Source: Octopus bimaculoides (Eukaryota). From it: 55,087 bases of DNA. The position numbers and the translations under genes were made by a program. Within the stretch, counting starts at the first letter, position 1, and every line of letters begins with the position of its first letter. The stretch is from contig NC_068987.1 of assembly GCF_001194135.2 (NCBI RefSeq), positions 53,813,233-53,868,319 on the forward strand, read 5' to 3'. Shown piece after piece: positions 23,223-35,785 of this stretch. The notes under the pieces were generated by a model. It was not told the DNA's origin and ran no database searches. It was given only the letters and a program-made list of their open reading frames with translations.

Positions 23223-24729
23223 ATTTTTAAAATAGTAGTTAAAAGATTCGTTGAAACAAAGAATTCGATTTTAGAGTGTTCACAATTTTAATACCTAACA
23301 TCAAATTGTCTGCTGTTGATTGTTTGACACTACACGTTGTCGAAGAGCCACTCAGTGAACTGATCAAACAGGGAAGTTCAAGCTTTTTAAAGAAAAGAGA
23401 AACCTCTGTGCCTATATACATAGTAGGCGTTCCATTAGATGCAAAATATTGCTTAGTGGGATGTTATTTAATATATAAAATAGACTTGTATGTGTGCGTA
23501 TTCGCCTTTGACCTGAAAGCGGCTGCGCGATTTCTTTCCATACTTGGGATGTATGAATAATTTGACCTCGGATACATTATAAAGTCTTCATTTTACTTTC
23601 TTTATTAAAAATAGGTAATATATATANNNNNNNNNNNNNNNNNNNNNNNNNNNNNNNNNNNNNNNNNNNNNNNNNNNNNNNNNNNNNNNNNNNNNNNNNN
23701 NNNNNNNNNNNNNNNNNNNNNNNNNNNNNNNNNNNNNNNNNNNNNNNNNNNNNNNNNNNNNNNNNNNNNNNNNNNNNNNNNNNNNNNNNNNNNNNNNNNN
23801 NNNNNNNNNNNNNNNNNNNNNNNNNNNNNNNNNNNNNNNNNNNNNNNNNNNNNNNNNNNNNNNNNNNNNNNNNNNNNNNNNNNNNNNNNNNNNNNNNNNN
23901 NNNNNNNNNNNNNNNNNNNNNNNNNNNNNNNNNNNNNNNNNNNNNNNNNNNNNNNNNNNNNNNNNNNNNNNNNNNNNNNNNNNNNNNNNNNNNNNNNNNN
24001 NNNNNNNNNNNNNNNNNNNNNNNNNNNNNNNNNNNNNNNNNNNNNNNNNNNNNNNNNNNNNNNNNNNNNNNNNNNNNNNNNNNNNNNNNNNNNNNNNNNN
24101 NNNNNNNNNNNNNNNNNNNNNNNNNNNNNNNNNNNNNNNNNNNNNNNNNNNNNNNNNNNNNNNNNNNNNNNNNNNNNNNNNNNNNNNNNNNNNNNNNNNN
24201 NNNNNNNNNNNNNNNNNNNNNNNNNNNNNNNNNNNNNNNNNNNNNNNNNNNNNNNNNNNNNNNNNNNNNNNNNNNNNNNNNNNNNNNNNNNNNNNNNNNN
24301 NNNNNNNNNNNNNNNNNNNNNNNNNNNNNNNNNNNNNNNNNNNNNNNNNNNNNNNNNNNNNNNNNNNNNNNNNNNNNNNNNNNNACACACACACACACAC
24401 ACACACATACACGCACACATGTATGTATACAATAGGCCGTTGATGAATATTTACATTTTAACCGCTTCAGTTTCATGTCAGTCGCGTTATTTCTTTAGAG
24501 TAAATGCATGAACGTCACAGCCTTCTATATAGTTCTAGCTTGAAATTTTTAATCTCTTTCCTCATAGAAACACTCTGTTACTATCTATATCTCTATCTAT
24601 ATTTATCAATATCTATCTATATCTATCCATCTATCCAGTTTATCTATCAAAAGGAGGTATACTGGCAACTTCTGACATCTGTCGAAATGGCACTGGTGGG
24701 GGTCTTCTTAGATGCTCTTGGACTCACAG

Positions 24730-24813
24730 AATTTAATTAAATTAGAACAGATGCACACATTAGTATAATTATACCTACACTAATGTGTCCATCTGTTCTA
24801 ATTTAATTGAATT
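24730..24813. other. Isolated 35-bp inverted repeat with 14-nt loop (84-nt hairpin)
   Basis: AATTTAATTAAATTAGAACAGATGCACACATTAGT / ACTAATGTGTCCATCTGTTCTAATTTAATTGAATT; 33/35 Watson-Crick pairs (one C-C mismatch, one G-T on the plus strand). Confidence 0.85.
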
Positions 24814-25028
24814 TTATGTCTTTGTGTAGCCGAGGATTGCTCTGCATTTTAAATTGATGCAATGATTGCATTGTTCAATTAAATGAAGTTGCATGAAACG
24901 ATCGTACTGCATTACCTCTTTATATCCTTGTTACTTATTTTGATTTTAATCACCTTACTTCGAAATTGTATTGATAATACCGTTCTAAATTCTGGTACCT
25001 CAACTTAAGTACCATATTCATCTGAATC

Positions 25029-25078
<50 letters not shown>

Positions 25079-25134
25079 ATGTACACATATATGTACGCAC
25101 ACATATATATGCGTACACAACACACACAAAGAGT

Positions 25135-25196
<62 letters not shown>

Positions 25197-25539
25197 CTTA
25201 CGTGTATGTATGAATGACCTCTGTTTTGCTCTCCAGGCTTACATGGTAATTATTACTCAATACTGCAAGTTAATGAACTGATATTCACGTCTCCAGATTT
25301 TTACAACTGTGATCGATATCGATCAATGTATACGCAAGCTACGACTAGCGTGCCTCGGCTCACAGGAAAAAGATTATAGACAGACGTGTGTCTATCCATT
25401 TTCTATATTTCATATCAGCTTACGTTTCGAAGAAATGAAAATTATTTTTATATAATGCAGTAAACTTTTAATGATTCAAGTAAGATTAACAGTACATCTA
25501 ACATTCAATGATGCAGCGATGGTTATGAGTGCAACCAAA

Positions 25540-26000
25540 CTTTAGTAGCCCAGCTAACATTAAGAGATCAGTTTACTTTTGAATGATCCCATTACCATTA
25601 ATAGAACATCAAACTTTTAACGGTCCAGTATTAAAAATACAGCTAACTTTTAATAGTCCATCTAACTTTTAATAGTCCAGCTAACTTTTAATAGTCCAGT
25701 TAACTTTTAATAGTCCAGCTAATTTTTAATAGTCCAGCTAACTTTTAATGGCCTGGGCTAACATTAATACAGCACAAAACTTTTGATGGTCCAGTTAATA
25801 TTAATGTTACTTGTAAATGTTGATGGACCCGCTGACAGTATAGGTAAATGTTAATATCGTAACTAACTTTCACAGTTCAGATAATTGTTAATGGCCCATC
25901 TAACCTTATTACTGCAGAACTAACTTTAAATGATCCAGTTACCACCAAGAGTACAGCTGATTTTTCATGGCCAAGTTAACATTAATAATAAAACTATCTT
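25540..26000. repeat. 19-bp minisatellite core within a decayed ~37-38-bp dimeric array
   Basis: About six near-perfect CAGCTAACTTTTAATAGTC units at 25641-25755; flanks show ACTTT...CCAG.TAACATTAAT repeating about every 37-38 bp. Confidence 0.8.
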
Positions 26001-26045
26001 TTAATAGTTTTTATTTTATTCTAATTTATTTATATATTTTTATAC

Positions 26046-26148
26046 CTGAAGAATTTCGAAGATGGAGAATTGTCCTTGACATATGAAGGCGCTCCGAGAC
26101 GAGTGGAATCTTAAAAATTAATGCTCCTGGAGCTATCCAGAACGAAAC
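26046..26148 (-). other. Candidate exon B (103 nt) of an unidentified minus-strand transcript
   Basis: Pyrimidine-rich TCTTCATATCTTTTCTGCAG| acceptor and CAG|GTATAA donor in non-repetitive DNA. Splice signals only; no homology recognised. Confidence 0.25.
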
Positions 26149-27483
26149 CTGCAGAAAAGATATGAAGACATGGGCAGGTATAAAAATCCGAAGGGATGAA
26201 GTTTTGTGGATGTGGGACTGAACATTGTAGTATGTGCAGGATCTGGTCGGGGGCAACAAGGATGATGAGCAGAGGAGAAATGAGTGACTTTAGAAGGTCT
26301 CGCTGGCGTAAACACGAGAAAAAGAATTCATTATAGTAGTAGAGAACGTAAAAAGAGAAGATAGCATGTCTGTGAGTCAGAAGATGGAGCGTGTTTGTAT
26401 GTTATGCCATTCAGGCAAGTGGCGATTCTCTGGATGACTATATACATAGCAGCAGCACTGAACTTGAGTTCAGTATTCTATTGTTCGTCTCAACCGAGCT
26501 TCATAGTGAGTCTGTCATAAAGGCGGAAATGAAGGTTTTATCGATTCTGAAGGGAATGGCCAGCGTTTTGGGATGAGTTCCTATCTATGTTAAAGATAAG
26601 TTTTCGCAGGGAGAAAATCTCGATGATAATAAGACACAACATTTGAAGCGAATACGAGGGCTATACTTTTGCGATGTTCATGGATCTAAATAGGTTGCAC
26701 TGCAATGATGTTTATTTAATATAAGTAGTTCATATGTTTTTGTACAGTTCTCATAATGTTTATACTTGTATTTTAATGAATTACAAGTATGGAAACTGTT
26801 TTTACATTGTGTGATGAATCAAAGTATTATTGTTTCCTATAAAATATTCACAAATCTAGTTCGGCTTGGCTTAATTCCAAATCAAAATTATTCCAAACCA
26901 AAATTATTCATCTAAAAAAGTATGTCGTCTACAAGAAACAACGATGTTGCCAAAATATGGACCATAAAGCTATTTTTAATATTTGGTGTACCCGAGTTCT
27001 GAAAAACTTACATGATGATAGTGACTTTAATTCTAGAATTTTAAGAAATTAGACTCGTTTTTAATGGATGTTAAACTTGTGTTTTTCTAAAGACAACGTG
27101 TCTTATCTTTGGAAAAGATTTCAATACTATTTCTGTTTATACATCTAGTTCAATTGATTTTGCGATACCCTACCAGCCGATCAATTGATGGCCTGTATAT
27201 CATTTGTCTTGAGAGAAGATATTATCGATTCGTTAAAGCGCTGGATAGATTGTTTTACGGTAATTGTTCCGGCTCGCTATGCCTTGAGTTCAAATCCTGC
27301 CGATTTCAAATTTTGCCTTTCCTCCTTTTGGAGTCAACAGCTTTATGCTAGGATCGATTTTCCCTCTGTTTTTCTCTTCTTTTATGTTTGTCTTTATCTC
27401 TTCTGGAACAATTCGGCTTCGGAGAGGGATGAGTAACGTCAAGTTTAAAAGTGCACGACACGCCGTATGTCGCTATGACTCAC

Positions 27484-27642
27484 CTGCGATTCCATCAAGT
27501 TGAGGGCCCAATAAAAGGTTAGTCTCATATACCCTGTTTTTCACAATGATTACCATATGCAATTGCTTTGTTTTTATCTTTCATCATCCATTCAGAGTTG
27601 ATAAAGTTTGATGACACCCACTTCTCTATGAATTTAATGGAC
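27484..27642 (-). other. Candidate exon A (159 nt) of an unidentified minus-strand transcript
   Basis: TTTATTAGTACAG| acceptor and consensus CAG|GTGAGT donor; contains an ATG opening MVIIVKNRVYETNLLLGPQLDGIA. No homology recognised. Confidence 0.3.
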
Positions 27643-27889
27643 CTGTACTAATAAATGCAGTAAATGTTACAGCATCTCATTTTGGGTATCATGGATGTTG
27701 CTGCTTATATATTTTTTGTTGTCCAGCTGCCATTTTGAGAAGATTTGTTTTGCAAATATAACCGATGAAATGATTATTTTCTCCTGTATTTTATATTTTG
27801 CGAGTGTGGAAACCGTGCGATAAATTTTAAGTCTTTCATCTACAGAATACCTGATTTCTTTTTATTACGTTACACAAATAAACGTGAGA

Positions 27890-28078
27890 GTCAGTGTGTT
27901 GTTAAGAAGCTTGCATTTCAACCACGTGGTTGTGGATTCCGTTCCTCAGCGTGGCTCCTTGGATAATTGTCCACAGTAGGCCCAATCCGATCAATGGCTT
28001 GTGAGTGAATTTGGTTAACGGAAACTCCGTACATGACAAGAGTATAGCCACGCGTGCGTGCGTATGTGCGTTTGTGTG

Positions 28079-28134
<56 letters not shown>

Positions 28135-28360
28135 CGCGTGCGTTTGGATTTACTTCACCACCACTTGACAGCCAATGTTGGTATGTTCGCCACCACTTGA
28201 CAGCCTCGCTACCTTGCAGTTCGGCGAAAATATACGATACGATACCAGACTTGAAAAGTAAGTACAGGAGTTGATTTGTTCGACTAAACTTTTCAAAGTG
28301 GTGCACCCGCATGTCCCACAGTTCAGTTACTGAAGAAAGTAACTGATAAAGCATAGATGA
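27890..28360 (+). mobile_element. SINE family 1, diverged full-length copy
   Basis: Head AAGAAGCTTGCATTTCAACCACGTGG..., (GT)n, and a tail with a small internal duplication of CACCACTTGACAGCC. Confidence 0.7.
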
Positions 28361-28439
28361 AAGAAATACTGAAATTGATACAAATGGCCGAGTACGGACG
28401 TAAGAACTATGCACGGCCTTTCGGTTATTTGTGTGGTAC

Positions 28440-28685
28440 ATCATCAATTTTGTAAGGTCTTACATACCATTTTCAAATTTTGACACAAGGCCAGCAATTT
28501 TGCGGGAAGGGTAAATCGGTAACATCATTACCACAACTTAACTGGTACTTATTTTATTGGTCCCGACAGGATGAAAAGTGAAGTCAACAACGGCTGAATT
28601 TGGACTCAGAATGTAAAGATGGAAGAAATGCCGCGAAACATTTTGCCCGCGCCGCTAATGATTCTACCAACATGCCGCTGTGATG
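28440..28685 (-). mobile_element. SINE family 2
   Basis: TTTCAAATTTTGACACAAGGCCAGCAATTT...ACTGGTACTTATTTTATTG...GAAAAGTGAAGTCAAC...GGACTCAGAATGTAAAGA...GATTCTACCAAC. Confidence 0.7.
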
Positions 28686-29109
28686 ACGTTATATTTTAAA
28701 GTCAAATTTCGATTTCACTTACGTCATTAATAACATTAGTAAAGGCTGTAAACTCTACTAGCTACAAGTATCATTCCCTGGGAAAATATAGGACGAGTTC
28801 TTTTTTTCTTTAAAGCAAATAAACAAAACAATATAAAAATATATTTCATTATAGAAACAAAAATATATTATTTCTATGAATGGACTAGAAGTGGAAGAAC
28901 ATTTCCTTGCTTCTTTTATTGTTGATGTTTTATTGTTTTAATTTTATTTGATTTCCTGTCACAAATTTCATTTCCCAAACCATAAATTCCACTATCTGTA
29001 ACGAATTTTTACGCTGGTAACATTTCTGTCGGAACAAAACAAACGAATACGATGAAACAAAATATCGTTTCTTTATAGGTGACGGGAAGTAGGAGGATTG
29101 GATAGATTA

Positions 29110-29127
29110 CTGTTGTGATTATTATTA

Positions 29128-29201
<74 letters not shown>

Positions 29202-29280
29202 GTCGTTGTTGTTGTTGTTGTCGTTATTGTTGTTGTTGTTACTATTATTATTACTAACATCATCATCATTCTCATTACTA
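29110..29280. repeat. Compound (ATT)n/(GTT)n microsatellite
   Basis: Seen directly; it explains the poly-I/L/V ORFs. Confidence 0.9.
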
Positions 29281-31189
29281 GTATTGCAATCTATTTATTT
29301 CGATGCTTCTCTGTTACAAACATTTTGTAAACTGAGAAATCTTCGGCAATTTATATTTGTTTATTCGTTGATATCATCAATTATTATATTTGATTGTGTA
29401 TATGGTTTTTTTTTTCATTTTTTTCCTCAATTTATTGTTATATTTGTGCTATGTTGATCTAAACAGAAGATACTATATGACTTCTGGGTTCAAACCGAAA
29501 CACTTAACCAAAATAAACCAATATAAAAATATACAAAAGAAAAAAAATCAATCCAATTTATCCAAAAAGAAAATAACGTTTATCTCGGAAAGATAGGTCT
29601 CATATTTACAGTTTCAGGCCTGGACACCTACTGCCGCAACTACAATGATGATGACGACGACGACGAAGATANNNNNNNNNNNNNNNNNNNNNNNNNNNNN
29701 NNNNNNNNNNNNNNNNNNNNNNNNNNNNNNNNNNNNNNNNNNNNNNNNNNNNNNNNNNNNNNNNNNNNNNNNNNNNNNNNNNNNNNNNNNNNNNNNNNNN
29801 NNNNNNNNNNNNNNNNNNNNNNNNNNNNNNNNNNNNNNNNNNNNNNNNNNNNNNNNNNNNNNNNNNNNNNNNNNNNNNNNNNNNNNNNNNNNNNNNNNNN
29901 NNNNNNNNNNNNNNNNNNNNNNNNNNNNNNNNNNNNNNNNNNNNNNNNNNNNNNNNNNNNNNNNNNNNNNNNNNNNNNNNNNNNNNNNNNNNNNNNNNNN
30001 NNNNNNNNNNNNNNNNNNNNNNNNNNNNNNNNNNNNNNNNNNNNNNNNNNNNNNNNNNNNNNNNNNNNNNNNNNNNNNNNNNNNNNNNNNNNNNNNNNNN
30101 NNNNNNNNNNNNNNNNNNNNNNNNNNNNNNNNNNNNNNNNNNNNNNNNNNNNNNNNNNNNNNNNNNNNNNNNNNNNNNNNNNNNNNNNNNNNNNNNNNNN
30201 NNNNNNNNNNNNNNNNNNNNNNNNNNNNNNNNNNNNNNNNNNNNNNNNNNNNNNNNNNNNNNNNNNNNNNNNNNNNNNNNNNNNNNNNNNNNNNNNNNNN
30301 NNNNNNNNNNNNNNNNNNNNNNNNNNNNNNNNNNNNNNNNNNNNNNNNNNNNNNNNNNNNNNNNNNGAGGAGGGGAGAGGAGGGGAGAGGAGGGGGAGGG
30401 GGAGGAGGAGGATATGAGAACAATAGTGAAGCAACACTCACTTCATCTATGATTATTTGCAAAGGTCATCGTAAGCCAGGAATCTAGGCAGTTAACTTTC
30501 TTCTCAAAATTATTGCTGATGAACTTTTCTAAAAATAATATGAACAGAATCTCTACGATGCTGCTCGACCTGCCTGAAATATCAGCCAAATCACACCTTA
30601 TAGTTTAAAAGGAAACAGATATATTGTATAATGTAGTTCGAGGCAAACGAAATCGAGGAAAATACAGATATCCTCAAATCGGAGATCTGGCACTCTTGCT
30701 TGTGCGTCAGTGAAGTCCGCTAAGGACTCCTAAGGATGTAGATGTTGTTAGACTGGGTGACAGAAGAAGTGAACCCTACAAAATCTCAGGAATAAAATGT
30801 TAGGAGTAAATACTGCAAAGCATCTTGTTCGATGCTTACAGGCTGCCTTATAATGTTATTGTAGAGAGGCTTTGGCCAGATTCGAACCACCTCATTTGGA
30901 TTTCTAGTTATGAGCCGCAGCCTGTTGTTATAGCGATAAGAGTTATAGCCAGCCCTTTCAGAGAACAAAACACTCACATAAATGTTTACCGGCCAATCAA
31001 AATTGGCTAACATGAATCAACTAACATCGACGGTCATCAAAGGAGGGTTTTGTAAATTTCCTGCCAATTTACAATTCGAATGTTCTGGAATATTTTACCA
31101 AGAGTCATATAAATTGGTGATTTGGAATCCACGTCAGAATCAACAATCAACTCGAATTCCACACTGAACTCTGTCGCTTGGTTCCACGA

Positions 31190-31767
31190 GATGCACTCGC
31201 ACTTCTTTCTATTTCTTATATAATTTCTCTCAGTTGAGATTGACATGTATTTCTAGCCTTTTTAAAAATTGTTGCGTTTTCTGGCATTATTTTTTATTTG
31301 ACATTCATTGACAGGGACATTTGTGTATGTTGTCCAAAAGAAGAGAATGTTTGGATCATTTCAGTGAAACCAATCTTGGTGCTTACTTTTAATATACCCG
31401 AGTGTTTCACAAGATGACTCAAATACAGCATTTTTAAAAGTGAAGAACGTTTTTCATTATTATACAAAATCCACTTTACATCACAATTTACAATACGGCC
31501 GAGAAAGGGATCGTTCTGGTTACGGAGAAGAAGTGACGAGCAAATTTCATATCTGCACATTTTCTGACTTACATTCAAATCATGTGGTACCCATTTGTCG
31601 AGTTTTTTTTTTTCCGATCGCATCCAAATGGTTGGAGGTAATTTTCTAACTAACTTGAAATTCTTTTGCCAGTTCTCGAGTGGCTTTATGCTGGTCTTTC
31701 TCAATTACGGCCTTTCGTAAAATTCTTCATGGTTCAAAACGTTGCTTACATTTTACTCAGCGTGATA
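31190..31767 (-). mobile_element. mariner (Mos1/SETMAR-like) transposase relic, N-terminal and central part
   Basis: RELAKEFQVS (HTH), then KKKLDKWVPHDLNVSQKMCRYEICSSLLLRNQNDPFLGRIVNCDVKWILYNNEKRS (WVPHEL and TCDEKW motifs). Confidence 0.85.
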
Positions 31768-32049
31768 NNNNNNNNNNNNNNNNNNNNNNNNNNNNNNNNN
31801 NNNNNNNNNNNNNNNNNNNNNNNNNNNNNNNNNNNNNNNNNNNNNNNNNNNNNNNNNNNNNNNNNNNNNNNNNNNNNNNNNNNNNNNNNNNNNNNNNNNN
31901 NNNNNNNNNNNNNNNNNNNNNNNNNNNNNNNNNNNNNNNNNNNNNNNNNNNNNNNNNNNNNNNNNNNNNNNNNNNNNNNNNNNNNNNNNNNTATGTATGT
32001 ATGTATGTATGTATGTATGTATGTATATATGTATGTATGTATATATCTA

Positions 32050-32410
32050 TCTTTATCTTTTACTGGTTTCAATCATTAGCCTGCGGCCATGCTGGGGTAC
32101 CGCCTTAAGGAAATGTTTGATCGAAAGTTTTGCCACTATCCATTGCTTTTAAAGCTGGGTACTATTTTATTGGTGCCTTTTGCCGAACCGCTAGGTTACA
32201 AGAACGTAAACACCGGTTATCAAGCAGACGGTGGTGGGGTGACAAACACGGATACAATCACACACACACACACACAAACATATATAGGTAGGAGTGGCTG
32301 TATGGTAAGTAGCTTGCTTACTAACAGCATGGTTCCGGGTTCAGTCCCACTGCGTGAACCATTAGGCAAGTGTCTTCTACTGCAGCCTCGGGCCGACCAA
32401 AGCCTTGTGT
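32050..32410. mobile_element. SINE family 1 modules in opposite orientation (minus tail, plus head)
   Basis: Tail module on the minus strand at 32050-32260, CA tract, then plus-strand head GGAGTGGCTGTATGGTAAGTAGCTTGCTTAC...GGTTCAGTCCC...CCGACCAAAGCCTTGTG at 32286-32410. Confidence 0.75.
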
Positions 32411-33799
32411 TTATAAATCTAAACATGAAAATATCACACAGTTACGGAATCAAGAAGATAACTGCCCAATATTCAACAAAATTATGAAACAGGGAAAATT
32501 TCGCCAGATTTTACAAGTAATGCTTTTTTGATGATGCTAGTGTAAGAAGAAAAAAGAGAAGTGATGATAAATTGGAACCTTTAAGAGAAGCGTTTGAAAT
32601 GTGGAATCAAATTTTGCAAGATGGATATGTTCCAAGTTTATGTATAACAGTTGATAAACATTTAGTTTCATTCAGAGTGCGATGCCCATTCCAGGTACAT
32701 ATTCCTTCAAAACTATGGAAATATGGAATTAAAATTTGGACAATAAATATGCTACAGTGAAACATCTTATGCCTGGAAAATACAAATCTACACTGGAAAA
32801 GACCCAGTAAAAGGGAGAGAGACAAATCAAGTTTCGAGAGTTGTTGAAGACCTAGTAAAAGAACTTGAAAATACTGGTCGCAATATAACTTGTGATAGTT
32901 TTTTACGAGTCGAGGATTGGCTAGAAAGAACAGAGTTGAACTTCCAAGTGCTTTCACAAATGGATAAGAAAGAGAAATCAACAGCACAATATTTGAATTT
33001 CAAAAGGATTCTATGATCCTATCTTATTGTCCCAAGATAAATTATGTTGTCACATTATGAGTACAATGCACTATCAGCCTTCAATTGATTCAAAAACTGC
33101 TGAAAAGAAACCTCAAGTTATAATATGTTACAACAAAACAAAAGGAGTAGATACCCTAGATAAGTTGGTAAGGGCATACACTTGCAAGGAATGACTCGAA
33201 GATGGCTTATGATTATATTCTACAACATGATTGATATAAGTGCAGTGAATGCTTTCATTGCTGCTAAACAGCTTCACTTGCAGAGTTTCAAAGATAAAAG
33301 AAGACAGTGCCTAATTCAGTTAGGAAAGGAACTTACTGGAGTTAATGCTAAACAAAAACGTGACAAACAATCTTCTAGTTCCGCTAACATTTCTCAACCA
33401 ACCAAGAAAAGAAAACGATCTTCAACTTCATTAGAGATTCCTCAGCCAAAGAAAAAAGGACGATGCACTTTGTGTGGTCTTAAAAGACAGGAAAACTTGT
33501 ACTACATGTTAGAATTGTAATATCCATGTTTGCCAAGAACATTCCAATATTGTCTGCATTCACTGACAAGAGCTGTGATTCTGTATTTTTGTAATTTTTA
33601 AAATTTATACTATATTCTGTAAGCTGTATTTTTTTTATTAAAATTTGTGAGAAACAGTAATTCTTCATTCACCTGATAGCATATATAATGTAGCTAAGAA
33701 ATAGTGGTAGTTTGAATAAAATTTAATTAAAAGGAAAATACTGGGTCTATTGGACCCAGTTGGTAAATAGTGACATACATTTTATCTGGTACACCAAGG
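32411..33799 (+). mobile_element. piggyBac (PGBD4-like) transposase relic with intact right end
   Basis: DKLEPLREAFEMWNQILQDGYVP..ITVDKHLVSFRVRCPF...KYGIKIW; TRRWLMIIFYNMIDISAVNAFI; C-terminal Cys cluster GRCTLC. Terminus TCTGGTACACCAAGGG|TTAA (33800-33803); subterminal palindrome CTGGGTC-TATTG-GACCCAG at 33741-33759. Confidence 0.9.
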
Positions 33800-35373
33800 G
33801 TTAATAAGCTAAATCATATATTGATTATATATATNNNNNNNNNNNNNNNNNNNNNNNNNNNNNNNNNNNNNNNNNNNNNNNNNNNNNNNNNNNNNNNNNN
33901 NNNNNNNNNNNNNNNNNNNNNNNNNNNNNNNNNNNNNNNNNNNNNNNNNNNNNNNNNNNNNNNNNNNNNNNNNNNNNNNNNNNNNNNNNNNNNNNNNNNN
34001 NNNNNNNNNNNNNNNNNNNNNNNNNNNNNNNNNNNNNNNNNNNNNNNNNNNNNNNNNNNNNNNNNNNNNNNNNNNNNNNNNNNNNNNNNNNNNNNNNNNN
34101 NNNNNNNNNNNNNNNNNNNNNNNNNNNNNNNNNNNNNNNNNNNNNNNNNNNNNNNNNNNNNNNNNNNNNNNNNNNNNNNNNNNNNNNNNNNNNNNNNNNN
34201 NNNNNNNNNNNNNNNNNNNNNNNNNNNNNNNNNNNNNNNNNNNNNNNNNNNNNNNNNNNNNNNNNNNNNNNNNNNNNNNNNNNNNNNNNNNNNNNNNNNN
34301 NNNNNNNNNNNNNNNNNNNNNNNNNNNNNNNNNNNNNNNNNNNNNNNNNNNNNNNNNNNNNNNNNNNNNNNNNNNNNNNNNNNNNNNNNNNNNNNNNNNN
34401 NNNNNNNNNNNNNNNNNNNNNNNNNNNNNNNNNNNNNNNNNNNNNNNNNNNNNNNNNNNNNNNNNNNNNNNNNNNNNNNNNNNNNNNNNNNNNNNNNNNN
34501 NNNNNNNNNNNNNNNNNNNNNNNNNNNNNNNNNNNNNNNNNNNNNNNNNNNNNNNNNNNNNNNNNNNNNNNNNNNTATATATATATATATATATATATGC
34601 GCATGCGTGTGTGTCTGTGTGAGTCTTTGTATCTGTGTTTGTTCCCCACCACCTCTTGACAACCGGTGATGTGGGTTTTACGTCCCAGTAATCTGACGGT
34701 TCGCTTAAACGAGATTGGTAGAATGAGCATCAAGCTTCACCAAAAAATAAGTCCTGGGGTTGAATCATTCGGCTAAAAATTCTTCAAGGCAATACCCCAG
34801 CATGACCGCAGTCTAGCAACCGAGAGAAGCAGTAGATAACAGATAGTAGATTCCACTTAAATATGTCAAATATTTAAAACACACTCGTCTATCTCATGTA
34901 TCTATTTTTCCTTGAACAAAAGAAGTATACACAGCTTAGTATTATTAGATTTGAGATTTGCTTTATATTCAGAAAGGTAGAAATACAATACTATGTCAGT
35001 TCTCATTTACTTAGCCAAGTACCGCATTTCTGTAAACTATTATTTGTTCCTTGATTTGCTCAGAGCCTAAAATTCTAATCAATATATAAAGTCTTTTGAA
35101 AAGCTCTAGACTGTGACACCGCTAACATTATAATACATTTGGCAACAGATAACGCTAATTCTGCACTACTTATAACTTCGCTCTTCAAGGTATTGAATAG
35201 AATGAATTCGTTCTTTTGTTTTAAGCTATCATATCACTCACTGTCAAGTGAAGGGTAATTAAATATATATATACCTTTAGAAAGGTCAGAAAGTTGAAGA
35301 AATCTCTACGTGATGAGATTCAGATATTCAGTGTGTAAAATATACGTATATAAAAAGATAGATAGATAGATAA

Positions 35374-35433
<60 letters not shown>

Positions 35434-35447
35434 GAGCGAACAATGGG

Positions 35448-35785
35448 ATATACTCTTTTTACTTGTTTCAGTCATTTGACTGTGGCCATGCTGGAGCACC
35501 GCCTTTTGTCGAGCAAATCGACCCCAGGACTTATTCTTTGTAAGCCTGTTATTCTATCGGTTCCTTTTGCCGAACCGCTGAGCTACGGGGACCTTAACAC
35601 ACCAGCATTGGTTGTCAAGCGAGGTTGGGGGGGGGGAAACACAGGCACACAAACATACACATGCACATACATATATATACATATATACGACGGGCTTCTT
35701 TCAGTTTCCATCTACCAAATCCACTCACAAGGCTTTGGTCGGTCCGAGGCTATAGTAGAAGACACTTGCCCAAGGTGCCACGCAG
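35448..35785 (-). mobile_element. SINE family 1, young near-full-length copy next to (GATA)n
   Basis: Tail, microsatellite and head modules are contiguous; the head runs into the gap at 35786. Confidence 0.85.

Noticed and set aside
23276-23560. 94-aa ORF with a TTG start
   Set aside because: No domain, codon bias or convincing splice context.
25641-25755. CRISPR-like or protein-repeat interpretation of the 19-bp repeats
   Set aside because: The repeats are contiguous with no spacers, the context is eukaryotic, and the period is not divisible by 3.
32286-32360. tRNA genes at SINE heads
   Set aside because: A and B boxes are present but there is no complete cloverleaf, and each continues into SINE body sequence.
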